Source of the DNA: Gemmatimonadota bacterium
Lineage (GTDB): Bacteria > Gemmatimonadota > Gemmatimonadetes > Palauibacterales > Palauibacteraceae
DNA: 18,811 nucleotides
Direction: 5' to 3'
Assembly (NCBI GenBank): GCA_039588275.1
Contig: JBDHAC010000077.1
Location: forward strand, 5,155 to 23,965
Numbering within the stretch: position 1 is the stretch's first letter; every line of letters begins with the position of its first letter. The notes under the pieces were generated by a model. The model was not told the DNA's origin. It did no database searches and saw only the letters and a program-made list of their open reading frames with translations. The position numbers and the translations under genes are program-made. Shown here one piece after another: positions 1 through 7,826 of this stretch.

Positions 1-8
1 GCATATAT

Positions 9-638
9 CTAAGGTCCGGATTCCGAATCCGCCTCTCCGAACGGCGTCATCGGGCCGCCCTCCTCCCTCCGCCGGCGCGGCACCGGGCCCAGGAGCAGGA
101 TCGCTACTCCCAATTGCCAACCGATCGTGTAGCCGTAGATGGCCATCAAGGTCGCTCCCCCCGAGAGCGGGAACACCACCAGATGGAAGGTGGCGGCGAA
201 GCCGGCGGCGGCCACCCACTGCCACAGGAACAGCCGCCTCGCAGCGATCAGCCGGACCATGCCCGCCAGCACCAATGCACCCAAAAGCCCGGGGAGCGCG
301 AAGGCGATGCTTGCGCCCATTTCCCGGTCACCGGCATACCCCACGATCTGGAAGGCGACGAGAAACGTGAGCGCGCTCAGCCCGATCAGCAGACCCCGTC
401 GAAGCGCGCGTCCCCTGACCGCTCCAACCTCGGGCGCGAGGACGATGGTGCCGAACACCCAACCGGGCGCGGTGATGAGAGCCAACTGGAGCGTCGCGGA
501 ATCGCCGATGATCTGCAGGCGCGACAGGGGGGACGCGCCCCAGGCGGTGGCCAGGAGAAACACGGACAACACCCCCGAGAGCGCTGCCCGCGCTGCAAGA
601 AGCACCGTGCGCCGACGCATGAGCCCGTCCAAGTCCAA
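9..638 (-). CDS. Hypothetical integral membrane protein (about 6 TM segments)
   Basis: 209-aa ORF with a TTG start at 638 (alternative ATG at 620) and a TAG stop at 9-11. It has several hydrophobic stretches, e.g. ALSGVLSVFLLATAWG, GLLIGLSALTFLVAF, FALPGLLGALVLAG, IGWQLGVAILLLG. No family recognised. Confidence 0.65.
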   Translation of the reverse strand: MDLDGLMRRRTVLLAARAALSGVLSVFLLATAWGASPLSRLQIIGDSATLQLALITAPGWVFGTIVLAPEVGAVRGRALRRGLLIGLSALTFLVAFQIVGYAGDREMGASIAFALPGLLGALVLAGMVRLIAARRLFLWQWVAAAGFAATFHLVVFPLSGGATLMAIYGYTIGWQLGVAILLLGPVPRRRREEGGPMTPFGEADSESGP

Positions 639-768
639 CGGCGTTCGCGGTGAGCGTCACGAGATCAGGTGAATCAACGCCCGGTACCCTTCGCTCGGCA
701 AGGGTCGGCATGGGTAGGGTTCGGGGTTACGATTGGACTCCGAGCCGGGTGCTCGATTCCGACCAGGT

Positions 769-810
769 GAGAGCAAGGATGCGGAAAGCAAGGATGCGTG
801 AGAGCAAGGA
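769..810 (+). repeat. Short ~15-bp tandem repeat GARAGCAAGGA(TGCG), about 2.7 copies
   Basis: gagagcaaggatgcg (769-783), gaaagcaaggatgcg (784-798), gagagcaagga (800-810). The last copy supplies the AAGGAG Shine-Dalgarno of the ATG at 818. Confidence 0.75.
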
Positions 811-817
811 GAGGGCG

Positions 818-1591
818 ATGCGGCAGTCTGCGCTGGTTTTGGCGATCGCGGTGGGCGCCGGTTCAGGCGGCGCGATCCAGCAGGCGGAGGCTCAGACCCA
901 CACGAGGGTCCTTGTCCGTGTGACCGCCAACGATGCGAAGATCCTCGGATCAGGCGTCGGCGGTGCGCGCATCACCGTTCGGGATGCCAGGACGGGCAAG
1001 GTGCTCGCGGAGGGCGTGCAGGAGGGGTCCACCGGGAATACGGGTCTGATCATGGGTACGCGCGAGCGCGGCGCTACCGTGTACGAGACCGAGGGCGCCG
1101 CCGGCTTTCTCGCCGAGCTCGCGCTTTCGCAGCCCACGCAGATCCTCATCACGGGCGAGGGGCCGCTCGATACCCCACACGCCATGCAAGTCGCTTCCCG
1201 GACCCTCCTTGCGATCCCTGGAGAGGATGTGCTGGGTGAAGGGGTCATCCTGGAGCTGCTCGGGTTTACGGTGGACCCCGTTTCTCCAGCGGATGGCACC
1301 GAAGTGCCCGCGGGCGAGCCGGTAGAGGTGCGCGCCAAGGTCACGATGCTGTGTGGATGTCCGACGGAGCCCGGTGGGCTGTGGGATGCGGACGACTACG
1401 AGCTACTCGTGCAGGCGGTCCGGGGGGGCGAGGTGGTGGGGTCGTGGCCGATGGAATTCGCGGGCGAGACCAGCCACTACGTGGGCACGGTAATGCTGGA
1501 CCGACCCGGCGAGGTCGTCCTGCGCATGCTGGCCATGGACCGGAAGAAGGGGAACTTCGGCATGGCTACGGCGAAGGTGTGGGTGAACTAG
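818..1591 (+). CDS. Secreted conserved hypothetical protein with MLCGCP motif (beta-rich, probably Ig-like domains)
   Basis: ATG 818 is in frame with ORF 650..1591 and follows AAGGAGAGG. Signal peptide MRQSALVLAIAVG...AEA|Q. The motifs DAKILGSGVGGARITVRD and TMLCGCPTEPGGLWDA resemble a widespread uncharacterised family that I recognise from memory. Confidence 0.8.
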   Translation: MRQSALVLAIAVGAGSGGAIQQAEAQTHTRVLVRVTANDAKILGSGVGGARITVRDARTGKVLAEGVQEGSTGNTGLIMGTRERGATVYETEGAAGFLAELALSQPTQILITGEGPLDTPHAMQVASRTLLAIPGEDVLGEGVILELLGFTVDPVSPADGTEVPAGEPVEVRAKVTMLCGCPTEPGGLWDADDYELLVQAVRGGEVVGSWPMEFAGETSHYVGTVMLDRPGEVVLRMLAMDRKKGNFGMATAKVWVN

Positions 1592-1771
1592 GGTGCGATC
1601 GACGCCTGAGCGCACCCATCACGGTGCGGGGCGTAGGTGCACGCGCTATAGTGGATGTCCCGCTGATCGAGGTTCACAGCGCCGGTTTCGTGGTAATGCC
1701 CCTGACGAGGATCGCGATGACGGTATCGCGAGTGACGATCGACTCGCTCCCGGACCGGAGGTGATCGCGGC

Positions 1772-2773
1772 GTGCGCCCTGATCTCCTTCGGATCGCGTT
1801 CGAGCTGTCGAGTCGAGGTGAGACGTTCGTCCTCGCCACCGTCATCGGTCGTCGGCCTCCCAGCTCCGCGCAACTCGGGGACACCGCTCTGATCACACTC
1901 GACGGCGAGGTACGCGGCTGGCTTGGAGGCGCGTGCACGAAATCGACCATAGTGCGGGAGGCGCGTGCCGTCCTCGCCGATGGCACTCCGCGCCTGGTGG
2001 TTCTCTCTCCCGATCCGGAGGCCGAGGGCCGGCCGGGTGTCCGGGTTCTCCCGATGACCTGCCACAGCGGAGGCAGCGTGGAAATCTATCTGGAGCCGCA
2101 CCAGCCTCCCGACAAGCTCTTGATCTTCGGGGCCACGGAGACGGCGCTCGCACTGGCTCGCCTCGGAGAAGTTCTCGGCTTTCGGGTCCAGCTGGCCGAG
2201 GCTGCCGACGAGATCGGCGACTTCGGTGACGCGGATCCCGCCGGAGCCGGCCTCTACGTGATCGTGGCCACCTATGGCGAGCACGACGAAGAAGCGCTCA
2301 GGCTCGGGCTCTCGCTCGAGCCTGACATGATCGCGCTCGTGGCCGGGAGAGCTCGCTTCGCCTCCGTGCGTGACACGTTGATCGCCGGCGGCTTGCAGTC
2401 GGCGGTCGTGGAGCGAGTCGTGAGCCCTGCCGGTCTCGACATCGGAGCCCGGACTCCCGCGGAAGTCGCTCTCAGCATCCTCGCTCAGATCGTGCAAACC
2501 AGACGGGCCGAGAGCGGTGAGGCGGCCCGGGCGGCCATGGCGGACGGCGACGATGTTCGCACCGGGGCCGGAGTTCCCGGCGAGCGTCTCGCGGGCGAGC
2601 CGGTCTCCGACCCCGCCGGGTCGCGGACCGCGGCCGACCCCGTGTGCGGCATGGCCGTCGCGATCGAAGCTGCACCTTCCGCAGAGCACGGTGGCCAGAC
2701 GTTCTACTTCTGTTGTCCCGGTTGCCGCGCGCGCTTTCTGGCGAGTCCGGAAGAGTTCGCGGTCACCACCTAG
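1772..2773 (+). CDS. coxF: XdhC/CoxF-family molybdenum-cofactor chaperone (CoxI-like N-domain + XdhC Rossmann domain) fused to a C-terminal YHS domain
   Basis: Strong SD GGAGGTGA at 1757-1764 before GTG 1772. XdhC-type motifs FVLATVIGR...GWLGGAC, MTCHSGGSVEIYLEP and SPAGLDIGARTPAEVALSILAQIV. YHS signature DPVCGMAV...TFYFCCPGC...F..SPEEF starts at 2636. Lies directly upstream of coxM. Confidence 0.85.
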   Translation: MRPDLLRIAFELSSRGETFVLATVIGRRPPSSAQLGDTALITLDGEVRGWLGGACTKSTIVREARAVLADGTPRLVVLSPDPEAEGRPGVRVLPMTCHSGGSVEIYLEPHQPPDKLLIFGATETALALARLGEVLGFRVQLAEAADEIGDFGDADPAGAGLYVIVATYGEHDEEALRLGLSLEPDMIALVAGRARFASVRDTLIAGGLQSAVVERVVSPAGLDIGARTPAEVALSILAQIVQTRRAESGEAARAAMADGDDVRTGAGVPGERLAGEPVSDPAGSRTAADPVCGMAVAIEAAPSAEHGGQTFYFCCPGCRARFLASPEEFAVTT

Positions 2774-2789
2774 GGGAAAGGATTCCGGC

Positions 2790-3680
2790 ATGATCCCGTC
2801 GCAGTTCGACTACCACGCGCCGGCGACGCTGGAAGAGGCGATCGGCCTCCTCGAGCAGTATCCCGACGAAGCGAAGGTCCTGTCGGGCGGAATGAGCCTA
2901 CTGCCGATCCTCAAGCTGCGGCTCGGATACGCGACCCAGCTCGTAGATCTCGGACGAATCCCCGACCTCGCGTACGTACGTGAAGAGAACGGTCACATAG
3001 AGATCGGAGGGGCGACACGCGAGGTCGACGTGGAGCGTTCGGAGCTCCTCGCAGCGACGCTTCCGATCCTCATCGATACGACGAAGGTCATAGCCGATCC
3101 GCTGGTGAGGAATCGCGCTACCGTGGGTGGCAATCTCGCGCATGGCGATCCGGCGAATGATCAACCGGCCGCGATGCTCGCCGTTCGGGCGGATGTCGTC
3201 GCGACCGGACCCGAGGGCGAGCGGACGATTCCCATCGATGATTTCTTCGTCGGTCCGTTCCTGACCGCGCTGGAGCCGACGGAGATCTTGACTCGAATCC
3301 GCATCCCCGTTCCGCCCGCTGGCAGCGGGGGCGCGTATCTGAAGCTCGAGCGCAAGGTCGGGGATTACGCCACCGCGGCCACCGCCGCCCAGGTCGCACT
3401 CGGTGACGACGGCGCGGTCGTGGCGGCGGGGCTCGCGCTCACGAACGCGGGGGCGGTGCCCGTGCGCGCTGCGGAAGCGGAGGCGTATCTGATCGGGAAA
3501 CCGCTCGCCGGAGAGGTTGTCGCCGAGGCCGCAAGGCTGGCTAGCACGGCGGCGGAGCCCGCTCCCGACTGGCGAGGGAGCGTCGAGTACAAGGTAGAGA
3601 TGTTTCGCGTGCTCATGAGCCGCGCGATCGACCGGGCGCACCAACGGGCACGGGCTGCTGGCGCCCCGAGCTCGGCCTGA
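2790..3680 (+). CDS. coxM: Carbon monoxide dehydrogenase medium (FAD-binding) subunit
   Basis: True start is ATG 2790 (MIPSQFDYHAP), 16 bp after the upstream stop. FAD motifs AKVLSGGMSLLPILKLR, VRNRATVGGNLAHGDPANDQP and YLKLERKVGDYA. Confidence 0.95.
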   Translation: MIPSQFDYHAPATLEEAIGLLEQYPDEAKVLSGGMSLLPILKLRLGYATQLVDLGRIPDLAYVREENGHIEIGGATREVDVERSELLAATLPILIDTTKVIADPLVRNRATVGGNLAHGDPANDQPAAMLAVRADVVATGPEGERTIPIDDFFVGPFLTALEPTEILTRIRIPVPPAGSGGAYLKLERKVGDYATAATAAQVALGDDGAVVAAGLALTNAGAVPVRAAEAEAYLIGKPLAGEVVAEAARLASTAAEPAPDWRGSVEYKVEMFRVLMSRAIDRAHQRARAAGAPSSA

Positions 3681-3695
3681 GGGAGGAGAGCGACC

Positions 3696-4169
3696 ATGGC
3701 GACCCACGACATCCGCGTCACGATCAACGGCGAAACGCACGAAGGCACGGTCGACTCGCGATTACTCCTCATCCACTGGCTGCGAGACAGCCTCGGGCTC
3801 ACCGGGACGCACATCGGCTGCGACACGACCCACTGCGGGGCGTGCACCTTGCTGCTGGACGGCGCGCCCGTGAAGTCGTGCACCCTGTTGGCCGTCCAGG
3901 CGGACGGCTGTGAGGTAATGACGGTCGAGGGGCTGGAACAGGACGGTGAGCTGCACCCGATCCAGGAAGGCTTCTGGGAGATGCACGGACTGCAGTGCGG
4001 GTACTGCACGCCGGGGATGATGATGACGGGGTACGCGCTCCTGCGGGACTCACCGAATCCCTCCGAGCTCGAGATCCGCGAAGCGATATCCGGCAATCTG
4101 TGCCGGTGCACCGGCTACGTGAACATCGTGAAGGCCGTGCGGTACGCGGCCGACAAGCTGACCGACTAG
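3696..4169 (+). CDS. coxS: Carbon monoxide dehydrogenase small (2x[2Fe-2S]) subunit
   Basis: SD GGAGG upstream. Cys motifs [11 protein letters not shown]...KSC and LQCGYCTPG...GNLCRCTGY. Confidence 0.96.
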   Translation: MATHDIRVTINGETHEGTVDSRLLLIHWLRDSLGLTGTHIGCDTTHCGACTLLLDGAPVKSCTLLAVQADGCEVMTVEGLEQDGELHPIQEGFWEMHGLQCGYCTPGMMMTGYALLRDSPNPSELEIREAISGNLCRCTGYVNIVKAVRYAADKLTD

Positions 4170-4176
4170 GACGCCA

Positions 4177-4204
4177 GGACGCATCGAGGGCGGTCGATCC
4201 GTCC
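4177..4204 (+). other. Intercistronic stem-loop between coxS and coxL
   Basis: GGACG-c-ATCGA (4177-4187), loop GGGCGG, TCGAT-c-CGTCC (4194-4204): 10 bp with one C.C mismatch, ending just before the coxL SD (GGGGGAG, 4207-4213). Confidence 0.45.
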
Positions 4205-4218
4205 GCGGGGGAGACACG

Positions 4219-6585
4219 ATGGAACCGAAGACATCGGCTGAAGTTTGTGGGATGGGCCATTCGATGAAGCGCAAGGAGGACCCGCGCTTCATTCGAGGGC
4301 AGGGGCGCTACGTGGACGACATCCAACTGCCCGGCATGCTGTACATGGACATCGTCCGTAGCCCGTACGCGCACGCCAAGATTGCCGCGATCCGCACCGA
4401 CGAGGCGATGAAGGTCCCGGGCGTCCTCGCCGTGATCACCGGCGAGACGCTCGCCGAGTACGACCTTCATTGGATGCCGACCCTGATGTCGGACACCCAG
4501 ATGGTGCTCCCCACCGAGAAGGTGATGTACCAGGCGCAAGAGGTCGCGGCGGTGATCGCGACCGATCGCTATGCGGCCGCGGACGGAGTGGAGGCGGTGG
4601 AGGTCGATTACGAGCCGCTGCCCGTCGTGGTCGATCCCTTCAAGGCTCTGGAGCCCGACGCGCCCGTTCTGCGCACGGACAAACAGGGGAAGACCGATAA
4701 CCACATCTTCCACTGGGAGGCCGGCGACCGCGAGGCGACGGACCAGGTCCTCATCGACTCGGACGTCGTAGTGAAGCAGGACATGCATATTCCGCGCATA
4801 CACGTCGCCTCGATCGAGACGTGCGGGTGCATTGCCGACTACGACAAGGCGACGAACCACCTGACGGTCTACCTGACGACCCAGGCACCGCACGCCGTCC
4901 GGACCGTGATCGCGCTCGTGGCGGGACACGTCGGGCTCTCGGAGGAGCGGATCCGCGTCATCTCCCCCGATATCGGTGGCGGCTTCGGGGGCAAGGTGCC
5001 GGTCTACCCCGGCTACGTGATCGCGATCGCCGCGTCCGTGGTGATCGGGAAGCCCGTCAAGTGGATCGAAGATCGGATGGAGAACCTGCAGGCCGATTCG
5101 TTCGCGCGTGACTACCACATGACCGTCGAGCTGGGCGCGAAGCAGGATGGGACCTTCACCGGGCTGCGGATCAAGACGCTCGCGGATCACGGGTACACGG
5201 ATGCGGCGGCGAATCCGTCCAAGTTCCCCGCCGGGATGTTCTCGATCTGCACCGGATCGTACGACCTGCAGAACGCGTTCGCCGAGGTGGATGCGGCGTA
5301 CACGAACAAGCCGCCGGGAGGGATCGCCTACCGCTGCTCCTTCCGGGTGACGGAGGCCGTGCACGCGATCGAGCGCATCGTGGATGTGATGGCGCACGAG
5401 CTGGGCCGCGACCCGGCCGATCTGCGGGCGCAGAACTTCATTCAGCCGGACCAGTTCCCTTACCGGTCGGCGCTCGGGTGGGAATACGACAGCGGGGACT
5501 ACGAGACTGCCCTGGACAAGGCCAAGGCGATCATCGGCTACGACGAGCTCCGGAAGGAGCAGGCCGAGAAGCGGGGGCGTGGCGAGCTGATGGGGATCGG
5601 GATCTCGAGCTTCACCGAGATCGTGGGCGCGGGGCCATCCGAGCAGTTCGACATCCTGGGGCTGAAGATGTTCGACTCGGCCGAGATACGAATCCACCCG
5701 ACCGGCAAGGCGATCGCTCGCTTCGGCACCAAGTCGCAGGGGCAGGGACACGAAACCACCTATGCGCAGATCGTGGCCGAAGAGCTGGGGATTCCCGCAG
5801 ATCACGTACAGGTGGAGGAGGGTGATACGGACACCGCCCCCTACGGTCTCGGCACCTACGCGAGCCGATCGACGCCGACTGCGGGTGCGGCTGCCGCGAT
5901 GGCATCACGGAAGATCCGCGCAAAGGCCCGGAAGATCGCCGCGCACCTGTTGGAGGTGAGCGAGGAGGATCTCGAGTGGGGGGCAGGCCGCTTCCACGTG
6001 AAAGGAGCGCCTGATCTCTCCAAGTCGATCCAGGAGATCGCGTTCGCCGCCTACACGAACCACCCGAAGGGCATGGAGGCGGGGCTCGAGGCGGTGCATT
6101 ACTACGATCCTCCGAACCTCACCTTCCCGTTCGGAAGCTACATCTGCGTCGTGGATATCGATCGCGGCACGGGAGAGGTGAAGATCCGCCGCTTCGTAGC
6201 CGTGGACGATTGTGGGAACATCATCAACCCGATGATCGTCGACGGTCAGATCCACGGCGGGCTCAGCCAGGGGTTGGCGCCGGCTCTGTACGAGCAGATC
6301 ACGTACGATGAAGAGGGCAACATCACCGGAGGCAGCTTCATGGAGTACCTCGTGCCCACGGCGATGGAGACGCCGGCGTGGGAGACGGACAAGACCGTGA
6401 CGCCATCCCCTCACCACCCGCTCGGCGCGAAGGGCGTAGGGGAATCCGCAACCGTGGGAGCGCCACCGGCGATCGTGAACGCGATCGTGGATGCCCTCGC
6501 GCACCTGGGCGTGCGACACTTCGAGATCCCCGTCACCCCCGACAGGGTGTGGGAGATCCTGAAGGAGCACGGTTTGTCGTTGTAG
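4219..6585 (+). CDS. coxL: Aerobic carbon monoxide dehydrogenase large subunit, form I (Mo-Cu)
   Basis: 788 aa molybdopterin hydroxylase with KRKEDPRFIRG, DIGGGFGGK, QGQGHETTYAQI, TYASRS and GAKGVGES. The active-site motif AYRCSFR (5326-5346) matches the form I signature AYxCSFR, and gene order is M-S-L. Confidence 0.97.
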   Translation: MEPKTSAEVCGMGHSMKRKEDPRFIRGQGRYVDDIQLPGMLYMDIVRSPYAHAKIAAIRTDEAMKVPGVLAVITGETLAEYDLHWMPTLMSDTQMVLPTEKVMYQAQEVAAVIATDRYAAADGVEAVEVDYEPLPVVVDPFKALEPDAPVLRTDKQGKTDNHIFHWEAGDREATDQVLIDSDVVVKQDMHIPRIHVASIETCGCIADYDKATNHLTVYLTTQAPHAVRTVIALVAGHVGLSEERIRVISPDIGGGFGGKVPVYPGYVIAIAASVVIGKPVKWIEDRMENLQADSFARDYHMTVELGAKQDGTFTGLRIKTLADHGYTDAAANPSKFPAGMFSICTGSYDLQNAFAEVDAAYTNKPPGGIAYRCSFRVTEAVHAIERIVDVMAHELGRDPADLRAQNFIQPDQFPYRSALGWEYDSGDYETALDKAKAIIGYDELRKEQAEKRGRGELMGIGISSFTEIVGAGPSEQFDILGLKMFDSAEIRIHPTGKAIARFGTKSQGQGHETTYAQIVAEELGIPADHVQVEEGDTDTAPYGLGTYASRSTPTAGAAAAMASRKIRAKARKIAAHLLEVSEEDLEWGAGRFHVKGAPDLSKSIQEIAFAAYTNHPKGMEAGLEAVHYYDPPNLTFPFGSYICVVDIDRGTGEVKIRRFVAVDDCGNIINPMIVDGQIHGGLSQGLAPALYEQITYDEEGNITGGSFMEYLVPTAMETPAWETDKTVTPSPHHPLGAKGVGESATVGAPPAIVNAIVDALAHLGVRHFEIPVTPDRVWEILKEHGLSL

Positions 6586-6588
6586 GTT

Positions 6589-6630
6589 GCCGGTCGCACC
6601 GCCGGCGTGACGTCAAGCCGCGCGACCGGC
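6589..6630. terminator. GC-rich hairpin between convergent coxL and beta-propeller genes (possible bidirectional terminator)
   Basis: GCCGGTCGC (6589-6597) pairs with GCGACCGGC (6622-6630). There is an inner CGGC/GCCG stem and a TGACGTCA palindrome (6608-6615). No U-tract. Confidence 0.5.
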
Positions 6631-6637
6631 CCCGTGT

Positions 6638-7747
6638 CTAGCGGGTCTGCGGCGCGACCACTTTCTCGGTGTACGCGACCCCATCCGGCGTCGGCCCCGC
6701 CTCCATCTCGCCCACGACGTCGCCCGTCTCCAGATCGACGACTTTCACCACGCCCTGCTGGCTGAGCGATTGAAACGCGTGCGTCGCCCGCGCCGTCAAG
6801 GTGATCCCCTGCGGCCCCCCACCGGGAAACGGCACGATGTGGAGCGCGCGGCGCTCCGCGCGGTCCACGATCCGTAACTCGTTCCCGCGAAGATCCGGGA
6901 TCAGGACGCGGCTCTGATCGGGTGTGAACAGGATCCTGTAGGGCCACCCGAAGTCACTGAGCGCGACCTCGACCTCACCCGACTCCGTGTCGATCACGTT
7001 CACGGTGCCCTCGGCGTTGCTCCCCACCCAAACCTCGCTCCCGTCGTGGGTGACGCCGATCGCCTCCGGTTGTGGAGGCACGGCGACCGTGCCCGCGAGA
7101 CTGCCGGCCTCGACGTCCAGCTCCGAAACGGTGCCGTCCCCGATGTTGCTCGTGTAGATGCGGCGGCCGGTCGCGATCATCGCGAGCATGTGCGAGCCCG
7201 GGTGCCCGGTGGGAATCGCCTTCACGATCTCCCCGTCACTGACCCTCACGATCACCACATGACGGCTCTCCTCGGAGGTGACGGCCAGGAGGCTGTCCCC
7301 CGGGAGGAACGCGATTCCGTGTGGCCGGCTGTGCTGCCCGAGGTCGATGGTTTGCTCGACGGCGAGGGCCTGGACGTCGATCACGGTCAGGGTGTTCCCG
7401 CCGGGCCGTCCCCCGTAATCGGTGACGACGGCGCGCTCTCCATCGCCGGACATCACGACTTCGTGCGGACCGTTGCCGGTCGGGAGCGTCGCCAGCGTCC
7501 GTCCCGATCCGACATCGATGATGCGCGCGGTGCTGGCGCCTTTGTTCACGACGACAATCGTCCCCGTCAACTCCTGCGCCGCGGCCGACTCCTCCACGGG
7601 CGCCACCCCTGAGCCGGAGGAGACCGTCCGCTCGGGGATCGCGGCATAGGCAACGATCGGGGGCGCCACGAATGCGACGGCCAGCGCACGTGCCCTGCCG
7701 GCACGGAGGAGCCTGGGGGATTGGGAACGGGGAGTCGGTGTGAACAT
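6638..7747 (-). CDS. YncE/YVTN-family beta-propeller repeat protein, probably exported
   Basis: GAGGT SD upstream and an N-terminal basic plus hydrophobic segment. Repeated ~42-aa blades: TLPTGNGPHEVVMSGDG, RPHGIAFLPGD, PEAIGVTHDGSEVWV, PYRILFTPDQ, PQGITLT, GPTPDGVAY. Confidence 0.9.
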   Translation of the reverse strand: MFTPTPRSQSPRLLRAGRARALAVAFVAPPIVAYAAIPERTVSSGSGVAPVEESAAAQELTGTIVVVNKGASTARIIDVGSGRTLATLPTGNGPHEVVMSGDGERAVVTDYGGRPGGNTLTVIDVQALAVEQTIDLGQHSRPHGIAFLPGDSLLAVTSEESRHVVIVRVSDGEIVKAIPTGHPGSHMLAMIATGRRIYTSNIGDGTVSELDVEAGSLAGTVAVPPQPEAIGVTHDGSEVWVGSNAEGTVNVIDTESGEVEVALSDFGWPYRILFTPDQSRVLIPDLRGNELRIVDRAERRALHIVPFPGGGPQGITLTARATHAFQSLSQQGVVKVVDLETGDVVGEMEAGPTPDGVAYTEKVVAPQTR

Positions 7748-7826
7748 CGGTACCTCGTCGTCGTTTTTCGCCTACTGACGGGCCATTCGATGGATCATGC
7801 CACCTGGCGCCCGGGACCCCGACAAG

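Noticed and set aside
650..817. Longer N-terminus of the MLCGCP protein (also longer starts for MarR at 8829, GH18 at 9341 and the plug-like protein at 13586)
   Set aside because: The downstream starts have better SD sequences or translational coupling and place signal peptides at the N-terminus.
1592..1771. Small leader peptide or Moco riboswitch upstream of coxF
   Set aside because: No convincing SD plus ORF, and I could not recognise the conserved Moco/Wco RNA motif by eye. An Infernal/Rfam scan would be needed.
2517..2789. 91-aa N-terminal extension of CoxM in the ORF track
   Set aside because: It overlaps the coxF-YHS gene. The canonical CoxM start MIPSQFDY is at 2790, after AAAGGA.
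3799..5805. 668-aa minus-strand ORF and other long antisense/overlapping ORFs (e.g. 1646..2791, 2898..3740, 7797..8810, 10694..11827, 12086..13579, 14933..15910, 16866..17774, 17594..18520)
   Set aside because: Shadow ORFs expected in high-GC DNA. They are Arg/Gly/Pro/His-rich, lack recognisable motifs and overlap well-supported genes.
4219..6585. Form II CoxL or generic xanthine/aldehyde dehydrogenase
   Set aside because: The motif is AYRCSFR rather than AYxGAGR, and the order is M-S-L.
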